Shown one piece after another: positions 43,995 to 44,005 of a stretch of 44,005 bases of DNA; position 1 is the first letter of the stretch; each line of letters begins with the position of its first letter. Position numbers and translations under genes: made by a program. The stretch lies in IMG/VR virus record IMGVR_UViG_3300015050_000679, positions 1-44,005 of that record; one strand, given 5' to 3'. The notes beneath the pieces were generated by a model. That model saw only the letters and a list, made by a program, of their open reading frames with translations, was not told the DNA's origin and did no database searches. The DNA comes from a virus. Lineage: Duplodnaviria > Caudoviricetes.

Positions 43995-44005
43995 AGATCG
44001 GAAGA
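43995..44005 (+). other. Illumina adapter remnant (artefact)
   Basis: AGATCGGAAGA is the start of the TruSeq adapter read-through sequence. Confidence 0.9.

Noticed and set aside
1-44005. Integrated prophage, att sites, tRNA genes
   Set aside because: No integrase, host flanks or cloverleaf recognised

Overview
The window appears to be an essentially complete ~44 kb linear tailed-phage genome (HK97-fold siphovirus). Gene order: terS, terL, portal, protease, capsid, neck, tail, holin, accessory genes, early/recombination/methylase/replication genes, HNH. It ends in an Illumina adapter remnant, which suggests a true physical end. I found no integrase, CI-like repressor, recognisable endolysin, tRNA or CRISPR array. 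The most notable feature is a block of four glycosyltransferases plus a FkbM methyltransferase between the capsid and neck genes. Most surface-type head, neck and tail proteins carry an S-P-[A/V/I] motif that is absent from portal, protease and tape measure. Together these suggest a phage-encoded virion O-glycosylation system with its own sequon. Other notable features: a C5 DNA methyltransferase split across two almost fully overlapping frames with overlapping GTG starts; a DnaA domain IV gene with DnaA boxes next to a putative late promoter that also carries an origin motif; a PLD-nuclease plus second TerS-like cassette with its own promoter; three leaderless sigma70-type promoters; and a repeated gene-leader motif. 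All calls come from motif recognition and synteny by eye, with no database searches.
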